A stretch of DNA of 54,234 nt from Dehalococcoidia bacterium. GTDB taxonomy: Bacteria > Chloroflexota > Dehalococcoidia > Dehalococcoidales > UBA1222. The translations under genes and the position numbers were made by a program. Shown here piece after piece: positions 38,329-49,224 of this stretch. Where the stretch lies: positions 1-54,234 of the forward strand of contig WRNG01000002.1 of assembly GCA_009776735.1 (NCBI GenBank), written 5' to 3'. Each line of letters begins with the position of its first letter. The stretch's first letter is position 1. Below the pieces are notes generated by a model, which searched no databases, was not told the DNA's origin, and was given only the letters and a program-made list of their open reading frames with translations.

Positions 38329-38492
38329 CTCCCAAATAAAGATTAGTTTCGTGGCTTTCTCATGTTACGTATCCGTGGAAACATTATAGCACATCACTTA
38401 ATTCGCAAATCTGTATGAATATGCGTCACATTGACAGAAACCTGTATTTATCGCTAGTATTAAAGAGTCAGTAGCTTTTGGAAGGGAACAAT

Positions 38493-38732
38493 ATGTCAAG
38501 TTCGTGGCGTGAATGCCATTTTTGTGGCAGACAGGTTGAAATGGCTCCAAACCAAGATATTGGAGATGCCCTTGGTGGATGGATTGTTGTTTCAAGGTTG
38601 CACAGTAAAGATTCCTTTGAACGCTACAGCTTTTGTTCATTATCCTGTCTTCAGCATTGGACCCAGGGACAAATGCCTTGCGTTCCGGATGTTTTTCTGT
38701 ATTCGATGAGCGATAGCTCTTGTGAGCTTTAA
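38493..38732 (+). CDS. small Cys-rich hypothetical protein
   Basis: GGAAGGGAAC lies upstream of the ATG at 38493. CHFCG...CSLSC cysteine pairs. No family recognised. An antisense ORF overlaps it. Confidence 0.35.
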   Translation: MSSSWRECHFCGRQVEMAPNQDIGDALGGWIVVSRLHSKDSFERYSFCSLSCLQHWTQGQMPCVPDVFLYSMSDSSCEL

Positions 38733-38877
38733 ACCAAACAAATCTTAGGATTACATTGACTGGGTAGCCTGTTGCTATCCAGCATTGTTTTTAATGACAA
38801 AAGCCATTCTCGCAAGCGGATGGAATGTCATTTGTGCGAAGGTTACGATTTTTATCCCACGAGGAGAAAATAACAAT

Positions 38878-39786
38878 ATGGAAAATACCTCAATCGTGCA
38901 ACGTATATCCCAGCTCAAACAACAACGGAATGCCATCATTCTGGCCCATAATTACCAACCCATTGAAATACAGAATATTGCCGATTTTGTGGGTGATTCA
39001 CTGGAACTTGCCCAGCAAGCCACCCTCTCCCAAGCGGAAGTATTGGTTTTCTGCGGAGTATATTTCATGGCTGAAACCGCTTACATCCTTTCTCCCCGCA
39101 AGACTGTACTGATCCCCGACTCATCCGCCGGGTGCCCTATGGCAGACATGATTACCGCAGAGGCTTTGCGGGCCCAAAAACAGGCCTTGCCGGGGATACC
39201 GGTTGTATGCTATGTAAATTCAACAGCGGCGGTTAAAGCGCAAAGCGATATTTGTTGCACCTCAGCCAATGCCGCAAGAGTGGTCGAGAGCTTATCACAA
39301 CAGGAAATTCTATTCGTTCCCGATCAGTATTTAGGACAATGGATTTCAACTCAAACGCATAAAAAAATGCACTATTGGCCCGGTTATTGTCCCGTGCATG
39401 CCGCTATTCTGCCGCAACACATCGCAGAGAAGAAATCTCAATATCCTCAAGCTAAAGTAATAGTCCACCCGGAGTGTCGGTCTGAGGTTTCAATGATGGC
39501 TGACGCCGTACCTTCAACCAGTGGAATGCTACGTTTTGCCAAGGAAACCACCGCGCACGAAATCATTGTTGGCACCGAAACCGGTTTGATTCAGCGCATG
39601 CAAAAAGAAAATCCCTCCAAGGAGTTTATTCCCGCCAATTCCCTCGCTGTCTGCCAAAATATGAAGCTTACTACACTTGAAAAGCTCCAACGGTGTTTGG
39701 AAGAAATGCAACCGGTTGTGACCGTCCCGGAAGATATCCGAGTTCAGGCATTCCAAGCGCTGGAACGCATGCTTCAAGTAAACTGA
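38878..39786 (+). CDS. nadA: quinolinate synthase
   Basis: ILAHNYQ, FCGVYFMAET, CYVNS, VHPEC motifs. GAGGAG (38861-38866) precedes the ATG at 38878. Confidence 0.9.
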   Translation: MENTSIVQRISQLKQQRNAIILAHNYQPIEIQNIADFVGDSLELAQQATLSQAEVLVFCGVYFMAETAYILSPRKTVLIPDSSAGCPMADMITAEALRAQKQALPGIPVVCYVNSTAAVKAQSDICCTSANAARVVESLSQQEILFVPDQYLGQWISTQTHKKMHYWPGYCPVHAAILPQHIAEKKSQYPQAKVIVHPECRSEVSMMADAVPSTSGMLRFAKETTAHEIIVGTETGLIQRMQKENPSKEFIPANSLAVCQNMKLTTLEKLQRCLEEMQPVVTVPEDIRVQAFQALERMLQVN

Positions 39787-39787
39787 T

Positions 39788-40117
39788 ATGGTTGAAACTG
39801 TTCAATACATATTGGTTCAGATTACCGCCGGTAATATGGATGAGGCACGCCATTTAGCTCAATTATTGTTGGAGCAAAAGAAAATCGCCTGTGTCAACAT
39901 TATACCCGAAGTAGAATCTCTTTTTCGTTGGAATGGAAAAATCGATAACAGTACCGAAAGCTTATTGCTTGTGAAAACACAAGCTTCCCTGCTTGATGAT
40001 ATAATAGCTATCGTGCGACAGCATCACTCTTACCATCTGCCGGAAATCATTGCCATCCCACTGTATGGTGGCAGTGACGCATATTTAGCCTGGGTGGGTA
40101 ACGAAACCAACGGTTGA
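39788..40117 (+). CDS. cutA: divalent-cation tolerance protein CutA
   Basis: 109 aa. ACVNIIPEVESLFRWNGKI...ESLLLVKT pattern. Confidence 0.85.
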   Translation: MVETVQYILVQITAGNMDEARHLAQLLLEQKKIACVNIIPEVESLFRWNGKIDNSTESLLLVKTQASLLDDIIAIVRQHHSYHLPEIIAIPLYGGSDAYLAWVGNETNG

Positions 40118-40167
40118 TAAGTGGGTCGGGAAAAATGCTTCAAAACAGGAAAGTACTTCCATAACTT

Positions 40168-40389
40168 ATGAAAGAGGGCCATTCGATGACTAATAATTCG
40201 AGAATCGGTCTCCTGACAACAATGCTGCTGGTATTGGGAGTAATCTTTTTTCTGGTAGCGGCGGTACTGTTGTTGGTGTGTCTTTTTGCTCACAATTACG
40301 CTCTGCGAGTCCCCAGTTTATTTCTGGCGCTGGCAGCGCTGGGAAGCGGAGTCATAAGAGCAATACTTAATCTGTTTCGTATCGGTTAG
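40168..40389 (+). CDS. small membrane protein (2 predicted TM helices), unknown function
   Basis: 73-aa ORF with two long hydrophobic stretches. No family recognised. Confidence 0.35.
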   Translation: MKEGHSMTNNSRIGLLTTMLLVLGVIFFLVAAVLLLVCLFAHNYALRVPSLFLALAALGSGVIRAILNLFRIG

Positions 40390-40462
40390 CCATCCCTTTG
40401 CGCTTCCTGCTGCATTCGTTCCAATCATTTGGGTACAATCAAAAACCTTGCTCGGTGCCTGT

Positions 40463-40491
40463 TTGACAAGATCTGGTGACAAGGATATACT
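40463..40491 (+). promoter_or_regulatory. near-consensus sigma70-type promoter of the mgtA leader
   Basis: TTGACA (40463-40468), 17-nt spacer, TATACT (40486-40491). Confidence 0.5.
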
Positions 40492-40497
40492 CCGCAA

Positions 40498-40841
40498 AGT
40501 TGAATAATTACTCAGAGAATGTTATTGAAAGGGGGGGTGATTTTATGGACGCAGACGGTAGTAGTGGCCTAGGCGACTCGAACGGTAGCAGTACTCTAAA
40601 GTGGCTTGTTTTCGGAGAAAAATATATAAACTGTGTCCATGCTCTCCAAGGTGAGGTTGCTTGCTGAAGCAAGCTTCGCATAACACTTGAGTACCATCGT
40701 TTGGGTTCAAGCGATGGTTTTTTATTTCCTTTTTATCACTGGTACCATTGGCTTGAGATGCCTTAACCGGCGCAATGGATAATTCTAGCGGTATAACCCA
40801 ACGCGAATTCGGACAACACTAAACAAAGAAGGTATCAGCCA
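40498..40841 (+). promoter_or_regulatory. long mgtA 5' leader (candidate Mg2+-responsive attenuator with leader ORF, hairpin and terminator)
   Basis: About 345 nt lie between the promoter and the mgtA ATG. It contains a 40-codon ORF (40545-40667) with a G-rich SD, the hairpin GCTTGC-TGAA-GCAAGC (40659-40674), and an intrinsic terminator (40693-40724). Short patches resemble M-box segments (GGTGATTTT; CAGTACTCTAAAGTGGC). Confidence 0.45.
40693..40724 (+). terminator. intrinsic terminator inside the mgtA leader (attenuator)
   Basis: ACCATCGTTTG-GGTT-CAAGCGATGGT (11-bp stem including one G-U) followed by TTTTTTA, 118 nt upstream of the mgtA ATG. Confidence 0.7.
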
Positions 40842-43559
40842 ATGAACAAAAAGAAGAATACTGCCGCCCTAAAAAAATTCCGCGAGGACAAAAAGCATCG
40901 CGAAGAAATTCTACAGAGGATGTTCTTTGCCACAAGCTCCGATATTAAAGATTTATTCGAAAAGTTTGGCACAAAAGTAGAAGGCCTTAGCGAATCGCTC
41001 ATTGAAGAGTCGCGCGATCAATACGGAGATAACAACATTACCCGCGGGAAAAAGGAGTCTCTGTTTAAACGTATCGCCTCAGCTTTCATCAATCCTTTTA
41101 CGGCAATCTTAGTTGCCTTGGCGGTTGTATCTGCTTTTACCGATATTTTCCTTGCTGAACCGGGCGAAGTAAACCCCATGGCGGTCATTATTATTACTTC
41201 CATGGTGCTGGTCTCTGGCCTTTTGCGCTTCGTTCAAGAAACTCGAAGCGGTCATGCCGCCGAAAACCTGCTTAAGATGATAACCACTACCACCAACGTT
41301 CAACGCCAAGAGGAGGGGAATCAAGCCATTCCGCTGGGAGATGTGGTGGTAGGCGATATCGTGTACCTTTCAGCGGGTGACATGATTCCAGCTGATATGC
41401 GAATTATTCGTGCCAAAGACTTATTTATTAGTCAGTCAGCGCTGACGGGAGAAAGCGTAGCCGTTGAAAAAACGGCCGGCGCTGTGCATGCGAAGTACTC
41501 CGCGGTTACTGAAATTCCCAATATGGCTTTTATGGGAACCAATGTCATTAGCGGAAGTGCTGTTGGGGTTGTGATTGTCACCGGTGATGACACTATTTTC
41601 GGAGAAATGGCCAGAAATGTCAGCGATAAGCCTGTACAAACAAGTTTTGAAAAAGGGGTTAACACCGTCTCCTGGCTACTGATACGTTTTATGCTGGTTA
41701 TGGTTCCGATCGTTCTATTTGTCAATGGTTTTACCAAAGGCAATTGGATGGAGGCTTCCCTCTTTGCACTGTCGATTGCGGTAGGACTGACACCGGAGAT
41801 GCTTCCTATGATTGTTACCACTTGTCTTGCCAAAGGGGCAGTGGCCATGTCACGCGAGAAAACCATCATCAAGAATTTAAACTCAATACAAAACCTTGGC
41901 TCAATGGATATTTTATGTACCGACAAAACAGGCACTTTGACGCAAGATAAAGTTGTATTAATGTACCACTTAAACATCCATGGGCAAGAGGATGAGCGTG
42001 TACTGCGGCATGCCTTCCTAAACAGCTATCACCAAACCGGACTGCGCAACTTAATGGATATTGCCATTATCGAAAGGACCAAAGAGTCACAATCTACCCT
42101 TTCAGAACTGCGTGGCTTAGCCGATAAATATGTCAAGGTAGACGAAATACCTTTTGATTTTGTGCGCCGCCGCATGAGTGTGGTGGTAAAAAACGGCAAG
42201 ACCCAAATGATTACCAAGGGAGCGGTCGAAGAAATGCTCGCGGTTTGTGAATATGTTGAATACGAGGGCAAAGTAGAAAAACTCAGCGAGCAAATTAAAA
42301 CCTATATCCTACAGAAAGTTGATGACTTGAATGAAGACGGAATGCGCGTAATAGTGGTTGCTCAAAAGAATGACCCTTCACCTGTTGGTATGTTTTCGGT
42401 TGCGGATGAATCAAATATGGTGCTAATGGGATATTTGGCGTTCCTTGATCCCCCCAAAGAATCAGCCGCCGATGCCATAAAAGCGCTCCATGAACATGGT
42501 GTCGCGGTAAAAATCCTGACCGGAGATAATGACAAAGTAGCTCAAGCAGTCTGTCGTCAGGTCGGCATCCCGGTAAACAATATGTTGCTCGGTTCGGACT
42601 TGGACAACATCCTCGACAAAGAGTTACATAAAGTTGCCGAGGAAACCAGTGTGTTTGCCAAATTATCCCCGCAACAAAAAGCGCGCGTAATTAGCGCTTT
42701 GCGTGAAAATGGTCACAGCGTAGGTTATATGGGAGATGGCATTAATGATGCCGCAGCTATGAAGACCGCCGACGTCGGGATTTCAGTAGATACCGCGGTA
42801 GATATAGCCAAAGAATCGGCGGATGTGATTTTGCTCGAAAAGGATTTAATGGTACTGGAGAAAGGCATAATTGAAGGGCGTAAAATCTACGCCAATATGA
42901 TCAAGTATATCAAAATGACCGCCAGCTCGAACTTTGGCAACATGTTCTCAGTCCTTGCTGCCAGTGCTTTTCTGCCTTTTTTGCCCATGCTTCCCCTTCA
43001 AATCATCTTACTGAATTTAATATATGATCTTTCTTGTACCGCTATTCCTTGGGATAATGTGGACAAAGAATTCTTGGTAGCACCCAGAAAATGGGATGCC
43101 GGTTCAATCGGCAAATTCATGCTTTGGATTGGCCCTACCAGTTCGATTTTCGACATTACGACGTATGTGTTCATGTACTTCGTGATTTGCCCCGCTGTTT
43201 GCGGGGGGTTGTTGTTCACACAGATCAGCGACCCTGCCACACAGGCTTTGTTTATTGCCGTTTTTCAAGCTGGTTGGTTCGTCGAATCCATGTGGACACA
43301 AACTTTGGTCATTCATATGATACGCACGGCAAAAATTCCTTTCATTCAAAGTCATGCCTCGGCATCGCTCCTTTTCCTCACCTTTGCCGGCATTGCAGTC
43401 TTGACCGTCATCCCTTTTACCAGCTTTGGGGCATCCATCGGTCTCGCTCCTTTGCCATTGGCCTTCTTCCCGCTACTGGCGTTGACCATTTTCCTGTACA
43501 TGGGACTGGTTACTCTGTTTAAAAAGATTTTTGTTCGAAGATACGGGGAGTTGTTGTAA
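40842..43559 (+). CDS. mgtA: magnesium-translocating P-type ATPase
   Basis: 905 aa. [21 protein letters not shown], and the MgtA-type TM segment [33 protein letters not shown]. Confidence 0.92.
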   Translation: MNKKKNTAALKKFREDKKHREEILQRMFFATSSDIKDLFEKFGTKVEGLSESLIEESRDQYGDNNITRGKKESLFKRIASAFINPFTAILVALAVVSAFTDIFLAEPGEVNPMAVIIITSMVLVSGLLRFVQETRSGHAAENLLKMITTTTNVQRQEEGNQAIPLGDVVVGDIVYLSAGDMIPADMRIIRAKDLFISQSALTGESVAVEKTAGAVHAKYSAVTEIPNMAFMGTNVISGSAVGVVIVTGDDTIFGEMARNVSDKPVQTSFEKGVNTVSWLLIRFMLVMVPIVLFVNGFTKGNWMEASLFALSIAVGLTPEMLPMIVTTCLAKGAVAMSREKTIIKNLNSIQNLGSMDILCTDKTGTLTQDKVVLMYHLNIHGQEDERVLRHAFLNSYHQTGLRNLMDIAIIERTKESQSTLSELRGLADKYVKVDEIPFDFVRRRMSVVVKNGKTQMITKGAVEEMLAVCEYVEYEGKVEKLSEQIKTYILQKVDDLNEDGMRVIVVAQKNDPSPVGMFSVADESNMVLMGYLAFLDPPKESAADAIKALHEHGVAVKILTGDNDKVAQAVCRQVGIPVNNMLLGSDLDNILDKELHKVAEETSVFAKLSPQQKARVISALRENGHSVGYMGDGINDAAAMKTADVGISVDTAVDIAKESADVILLEKDLMVLEKGIIEGRKIYANMIKYIKMTASSNFGNMFSVLAASAFLPFLPMLPLQIILLNLIYDLSCTAIPWDNVDKEFLVAPRKWDAGSIGKFMLWIGPTSSIFDITTYVFMYFVICPAVCGGLLFTQISDPATQALFIAVFQAGWFVESMWTQTLVIHMIRTAKIPFIQSHASASLLFLTFAGIAVLTVIPFTSFGASIGLAPLPLAFFPLLALTIFLYMGLVTLFKKIFVRRYGELL

Positions 43560-43656
43560 ATGTGCCTGTTGCGGTGCGGGTTTTCGGAACGACAAGCATT
43601 GTGCCCGCGGCTGTTTTTCTTGCACCGCATAGCCGCATATGATTTAATACCACACC

Positions 43657-46600
43657 GTGGATACTTTCATCGGACTAGACATTGGCTCGGTAAGCGTTAA
43701 AGCCTGCCTTATTTCGTCGACCGGTTCTATTCTACGCAAAACTGTTGCTCGTATTACCGGGAATGCCATTGAGGCGACAAACTTCGCCGTACAGCAATTG
43801 GAAGCTATCGATTCCGTGAGCGGAATCGGGTTTACCGGCGCAGGGCGTGCCCTCATCAATAAATCCGGAATTGCTGTTTTCACTTCTCCGCTGGCTTTGA
43901 CGACGGGTATTCTGCACGAGCATCCTGACGCTCGAAGCATAATACAGATAGGTGGAAACAGTACTCTCATCGTAAAACTTGAAGATGGGCTAAAAAAACC
44001 TTGGAAGACGTACACCAACCCTTTATGTGCTGCCGGAACGGGACGTTTCATTGAGCAGCAAACATATCGACTCGGAATCAATATGGAGGATTTTTCCCGT
44101 ATTGCGCTGGAACATAGTGGCACAATCCCGCGCATCGCCGCTCGTTGTAGCGTATTCGCCAAGAGCGATCTGATTCATTTACAGCAGAAAGGTGTTTCCC
44201 TACCGGCCATGCTGTATGCTCTTTGTCAATCCGTGGCGCGAATGGTAACCTCATTATGTCCGTACTCTTTTGATGAGCCTGTATATTTGGCAGGAGGGCT
44301 AGCCAACAGTCAAGCTATATTGCAGGCGCTTGAAGAGGCGGTTTCTGCTAAAAACGGACATCCTGTCAGCATCACAGTCACCCCTCACCCCACATACACG
44401 GAGTCATATGGGGCGGCTTTACTGGCACTTAATCAACGTGCTCCTTGCTCACCATTCCCCTTTGCTGTTTCACAAGAACAAAAATATTATCAATTACCGC
44501 CACTGCCGCAAAGCCTAAACTTACCTGTTGTGACCTCGCCACCAACGATTGAATCGGCTACTTGCGGGTATATCGGCCTTGATATCGGTTCAACCAGTAC
44601 CAAAGCCGTCATCATGAGTGCTTGCGGCAAAGAAGTGCTCATGAAAGATTACATCATGACCTCCGGGCGTCCGGTTGATGCCGTGCGTAAAGTAATGGGT
44701 AATCTACTGCAAAAAGGGGCTGCCAATATCAAAATTTTAGCGGCGGGGGTAACCGGTTCCGGGCGTTATCTGGTAGGACACTTAATCGGAGCCGATTTGG
44801 TAAAAAACGAAATCACTGCCCAAACACGCGGGGTAGCTGAGATTGATCCTCAATCCGATATTATTGAAATCGGTGGACAGGATTCAAAATTAGTGCTTAA
44901 ACGTGGTGGCATTGTCATTGATTATCAAATGAATAAAGCCTGTGCCGCAGGAACAGGTAGCTTCATTGATGAACTGGCAGAAATGTTGGACTTGAAAGTT
45001 ACCAATGGAGAATTTGCCAGTTTGGCCTTTCGTGCCCCATATACCATTGACCTCGGCACTCGTTGCGCCGCTTTCATCGGGCAATCGGTCTCCATGGCTC
45101 AACAAGAAGGCGTACCGTTGGAAGTGATTGTGGCCAGTCTTTCCAATTCCATCGCTAAAAACTACTTATCTAAGGTAGTCGGACATCGTAAATTGGCTGA
45201 TAAAGTAATACTTACCGGAGCGGTATTCTATAACGAAGCCGTAGTTGCGGCTTTCCGTGAGCAACTTGAGGGACATCAGGTCGTAGTCGCTCCCCATCGC
45301 GAAGTGTCTGGGGCTATCGGGGCAGCTTTGCTGGCACGTGAGGGTCAGGGACAACAACCCAGTTCTTTTAAAGGCTTTCAGCAGATAATTGAACAGCCCT
45401 GCGAATTGAAAACTTTTGTCTGTCAATCATGCGACAATAACTGTACCATCACACGCATGACTTTGGACCATGGGCAAGTCTCATATTTCGGTAGCCGTTG
45501 TGATCGTTATGACAGTTATGGGACAACCAAAAAACAGCACACCGCTTTTGACGAGCGCGAAAAACTGCTGCTGGAAAACTATCAGCAAAATCAAGGGAAA
45601 GGTCCGCTGGTTGGAATCCCACGTGCGCTTCTCACTTATGATTTTGCTCCGCTGCTTATCAGCTATTTAAACGCACTGGGAGCGCGCGTGTTGCTTTCTG
45701 GGAAGACCGCCTCCGCTATTATGGAGAAATCCTCCGAACTTGCGTACAGCGACAGTTGTTTTCCGCTTAAACTGATGCATGGGCATATGGCAAGTCTTCA
45801 GGAGAAATGTGACTACATTCTGTATCCCTCTTTTACAAGACTCGGCCGTAAGGAGGGCGACAGTAACCAAAAGTATGCCTGCCCATTGGTGCAAGCATCG
45901 CCTTTTATTGTTCGCCAGGTGCTGAACCTCAAGTCATGCCTAATTTCACCTATTATTGACTTCAGCATGGGCGATTCGGAAATTATTAAGAACTTGGCTG
46001 AGGCAGCTAAACAAATGGGATATAGCTCACGAGCGGGGAATAAAGCGGCCCAAGTCGCGCTGGCGTCTCAGGCTTCATTTGTAAGCAATTGCAAATTGGC
46101 CGGTACGCAGTTACTGGAAAGTCTTAACAAAAGCGGGCAAATCGGTATTGTGATTCTCTCGCGAGCATATATGGCACAAGACGCTGGTGCCAATCTGGGT
46201 ATTGCCGAAACGCTGGCCGGACTGGGAGTCGTTCCCATTCCGCTGGACTTTCTGCCATTGGAAACTGTTGATGTCAGCGAGTACTCCGATCGACCATACT
46301 GGTCGTACGAAGTCAAGATGATTGCCGCTACCGCTATTATTGCGCACTCAGCTAATTTATACGGGCTGTTTATCACCAATTTTGGTTGTGGACCCAACTC
46401 ATTCATATTGCCCATACTCGAAGACATCATGGGGAACAAACCCTTGGGGCAATTGGAGATCGATGAACATGCCGCCGAAGCCGGACTAGTGACAAGATTG
46501 GAAGCATTCGTTGACACAATACGCTGCTATTCTTTGAGTGAGCATAAAACCGCGCCGCCCCAGATTATTAGGCGTTCAAGTGCCTCGATTGATTCGTCTG

Positions 46601-47784
46601 GTAAAATTTTCGTTATACCACGTATGGCACCGTTCACTGAACTGATCAAGGCAACCGCTCAGGCAGCAGGCAACCGTGTAATAGTTTTACCCGAACCAAG
46701 CGAGCGTAACCTGGTCCTTGCCAATCGTGTCACATCAGGCACAGAATGCCTGCCTTACCGCGTTACATTAGGCGACTACCTGCGTTTTTTCGAAGACAAT
46801 CAATGCAATCCCGATGACATAATGTTACTGATGGCTGGCTCATACGGACCTTGCCGGTTGGGAAAATACGCATTGGAGCAGGATAGAGTACTGCGCTCAT
46901 TGGGATTTCCCGCCAAAGTGTACACATCTGTCTCCAATAACGCTTACCGCGACATTAATGTAAGCGCCAAATTACTTCGTTACGGTTTAGACGCCATCTT
47001 TGCGGTTGACTGGTTGGAGAGACTGCTTTGGCGCACCCGTCCATATGAACACACTGTAGGGCTGGCCGACCAACTGTTTCAACACTACATGCAGTTATTG
47101 GCAGATGCCTGTGATAAGCAAAAAGCGCTAACCCATGTACTGAAAAATGCTTCGAGAGATTTCGCCACTGCCCGCGACAATGCCATTCCCCGTCGTCCGG
47201 TAGTGGGCATCAACGGCGAAATTTTTCTGCGCACCAATTCTTTTAGTAATCAGAATTTAATTCGCGTTTGCGAGGAGGCCGGTTTGGAAGTGGTGGTATC
47301 TCCGATGAGTGAGTGGATGAGATATACCTCTTTCCGCAATATGGAAGACCATTTCCGTTTTCGCCGTTTGGCTAAAATACCAGCCAGCATTTTCAAACAT
47401 CGCATTGTGGAAAATGACGATCGTAAACTGCTGCAAGTTGTCAAAGATACCCTGCAAATCCATCATGAACCAAGCATTGCCGATATTCTGCGGCAGACCA
47501 AGCGCTATCTCTCGCCACGTTGCGGCAGTGAAGCCGTATTAAGTGTGGGAGCCGGTATTGACTGGTTGGCATCATCTCATTTTGCGGGAGTAATCTCGGT
47601 AATGCCACATGGGTGTATGCCGGGAGGCATTGTTGCCGCCATGGCCGACACTTTTTCAGCGCAATACAATAAGCCTTGGATTAGTCTCACTTATGACGGC
47701 ATATTGGAAAACAACAACCCTACCAAAATCGCGAATTTCGCTGAATTGATTCTCTACTGCAGTAAATTTTCCCATGCGCTCTGA
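43657..47784 (+). CDS. fusion of two BcrAD/BadFG-type ATPase (radical-enzyme activase) modules with DUF2229 / 2-hydroxyacyl-CoA-dehydratase-related domains
   Basis: 1375 aa. Two actin-fold ATPase modules (GLDIGSVSVKA...CAAGTGRF...RCSVFAKSD and GLDIGSTSTKA...CAAGTGSF...RCAAFIGQS). Cys-rich linker CQSCDNNC...GSRCDRY. DUF2229-like segments GIPRALLTYDFAPLL...LGARVLLSGKT and VVGINGEIFLRTNSFSNQNLIRVCEEAGLEVVV. Confidence 0.8.
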   Translation: MDTFIGLDIGSVSVKACLISSTGSILRKTVARITGNAIEATNFAVQQLEAIDSVSGIGFTGAGRALINKSGIAVFTSPLALTTGILHEHPDARSIIQIGGNSTLIVKLEDGLKKPWKTYTNPLCAAGTGRFIEQQTYRLGINMEDFSRIALEHSGTIPRIAARCSVFAKSDLIHLQQKGVSLPAMLYALCQSVARMVTSLCPYSFDEPVYLAGGLANSQAILQALEEAVSAKNGHPVSITVTPHPTYTESYGAALLALNQRAPCSPFPFAVSQEQKYYQLPPLPQSLNLPVVTSPPTIESATCGYIGLDIGSTSTKAVIMSACGKEVLMKDYIMTSGRPVDAVRKVMGNLLQKGAANIKILAAGVTGSGRYLVGHLIGADLVKNEITAQTRGVAEIDPQSDIIEIGGQDSKLVLKRGGIVIDYQMNKACAAGTGSFIDELAEMLDLKVTNGEFASLAFRAPYTIDLGTRCAAFIGQSVSMAQQEGVPLEVIVASLSNSIAKNYLSKVVGHRKLADKVILTGAVFYNEAVVAAFREQLEGHQVVVAPHREVSGAIGAALLAREGQGQQPSSFKGFQQIIEQPCELKTFVCQSCDNNCTITRMTLDHGQVSYFGSRCDRYDSYGTTKKQHTAFDEREKLLLENYQQNQGKGPLVGIPRALLTYDFAPLLISYLNALGARVLLSGKTASAIMEKSSELAYSDSCFPLKLMHGHMASLQEKCDYILYPSFTRLGRKEGDSNQKYACPLVQASPFIVRQVLNLKSCLISPIIDFSMGDSEIIKNLAEAAKQMGYSSRAGNKAAQVALASQASFVSNCKLAGTQLLESLNKSGQIGIVILSRAYMAQDAGANLGIAETLAGLGVVPIPLDFLPLETVDVSEYSDRPYWSYEVKMIAATAIIAHSANLYGLFITNFGCGPNSFILPILEDIMGNKPLGQLEIDEHAAEAGLVTRLEAFVDTIRCYSLSEHKTAPPQIIRRSSASIDSSGKIFVIPRMAPFTELIKATAQAAGNRVIVLPEPSERNLVLANRVTSGTECLPYRVTLGDYLRFFEDNQCNPDDIMLLMAGSYGPCRLGKYALEQDRVLRSLGFPAKVYTSVSNNAYRDINVSAKLLRYGLDAIFAVDWLERLLWRTRPYEHTVGLADQLFQHYMQLLADACDKQKALTHVLKNASRDFATARDNAIPRRPVVGINGEIFLRTNSFSNQNLIRVCEEAGLEVVVSPMSEWMRYTSFRNMEDHFRFRRLAKIPASIFKHRIVENDDRKLLQVVKDTLQIHHEPSIADILRQTKRYLSPRCGSEAVLSVGAGIDWLASSHFAGVISVMPHGCMPGGIVAAMADTFSAQYNKPWISLTYDGILENNNPTKIANFAELILYCSKFSHAL

Positions 47785-47891
47785 TCACTTTAAACTTGTC
47801 TCGATTGCAAACCTCGCCTAAAATAACTAAAATAATTGAAAAATAAGTATCTTTTCTGGCTTTGGCCAGACCACTGAGGAAAAGGATAGAA

Positions 47892-49205
47892 ATGATTCGC
47901 CATCCGCATTATGAAACCATGTCGCGCCCTGAATTAGAACAATTACAATTAGAGCGGCTAAAGAAAACCGTCTCTTATGTTTTTGAGCGTGTGCCCTTTT
48001 ATCATGACAACATGCAAAAATTGGCAGTAAAACCGGAAGACATTCAAACTCTGGCCGATTTAACGCGCTTACCTTTTACCAGCAAGCTGGATTTCCGTGA
48101 CAATTATCCATTCGGTCTTTGCTGTGTTCCCCCCGACGAAATAGTTCGCGTACACTCATCATCCGGCACAACCGGTAAACCGGTAATTGCTCCCTATACG
48201 CAAAAAGATATCGACACCTGGGCAGAACTGGTTGCTCGCTCACTGGCATGTGCCGGTATGACACGCGAAGATACCCTCCAAAATGCTTATGGTTATGGTA
48301 CGTTCACAGGAGGATTGGGACTACATTACGGAGGCGAGAGACTGGGAGCTACCGTTGTGCCAACTTCAACAGGCAACACCAAGCGTCAGTTAATGCTGAT
48401 GCAGGATTTGGGCACGACAGCGATTTCTTGCACTCCATCTTATGCGCTGATCCTTCACGAAACGGCTCAGGAGATGGGGATTGATCTGAAAAACAGCAGT
48501 TTGCGGCTCGGTATACTAGGCGCGGAACCGTGGAGTGAAAATATGCGCGCCGAGATAGAGAATAAGCTGGGAATAGATGCCCTCAGCATCTATGGACTAA
48601 CTGAGATTGTCGGGCCTGGAGTATCCATGGAATGCTTGCATAAAGATGGTATGCATATCTGGGAAGACCATTTCTTAGTTGAAATCATTGATCCAATCAG
48701 TGGAAGGCAATTGCCTTACGGAGAAATCGGAGAACTGGTTATCACCACGCTTACGAAAGAAGCGCAGCCTATTTTACGCTTCCGCACCAAAGACATTACC
48801 AGCCTTAATATTGAAACTTGTTCATGCGGACGCACAATGGCCCGCATGGCTCGAATTACTGGCCGCAGCGACGACATGATCCGCGTGCGAGGTGTGTCAG
48901 TCTTCCCCTCACAAATCGAGAGTGTGTTGCTAACCATAAAAGGGATTGAACCCCAATACATGATAATTGTTGATCGCATGAACGCTTTTGCTTCCGATGA
49001 GCTGGAAATATGGGTGGAAGTTTCGGAAGAAATATTCTCCGACGAGATGACAAGAATGACATATTTGCAGAATCAATTGCAAAGGGAACTTGATAGCGTG
49101 CTAGGTATCAAGTCGCGTATCAAACTAGTTGAGCCGCGTAAGCTTATACGCACGGAAGGTAAAGCAAAACGGGTAATTGATCGTTCAGAATTACCTCAGC
49201 TATAA
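47892..49205 (+). CDS. paaK: phenylacetate-CoA ligase family adenylate-forming enzyme
   Basis: PaaK-like N-terminus (ETMSRPELEQLQLERLKKTV...FYH), SSGTTGKP, YGLTE. ATG at 47892 after GAGGAAAAGG. Confidence 0.85.
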   Translation: MIRHPHYETMSRPELEQLQLERLKKTVSYVFERVPFYHDNMQKLAVKPEDIQTLADLTRLPFTSKLDFRDNYPFGLCCVPPDEIVRVHSSSGTTGKPVIAPYTQKDIDTWAELVARSLACAGMTREDTLQNAYGYGTFTGGLGLHYGGERLGATVVPTSTGNTKRQLMLMQDLGTTAISCTPSYALILHETAQEMGIDLKNSSLRLGILGAEPWSENMRAEIENKLGIDALSIYGLTEIVGPGVSMECLHKDGMHIWEDHFLVEIIDPISGRQLPYGEIGELVITTLTKEAQPILRFRTKDITSLNIETCSCGRTMARMARITGRSDDMIRVRGVSVFPSQIESVLLTIKGIEPQYMIIVDRMNAFASDELEIWVEVSEEIFSDEMTRMTYLQNQLQRELDSVLGIKSRIKLVEPRKLIRTEGKAKRVIDRSELPQL

Positions 49206-49224
49206 AAGCGATACGGAGAAAACG

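Noticed and set aside
40476-40667. The 63-aa track ORF upstream of mgtA, considered as an ordinary protein gene.
   Set aside because: It starts at a GTG with no SD and lies in a promoter-to-terminator leader. Only the internal 40-codon ATG ORF (40545) has an SD, and I treat that as a possible leader peptide.
43570-43629. An inverted repeat TGCGGTGC...GCACCGCA after the mgtA stop, considered as a terminator.
   Set aside because: The ~44-nt loop is very large and no T-run follows the 3' arm. It cannot be called an intrinsic terminator from sequence alone.
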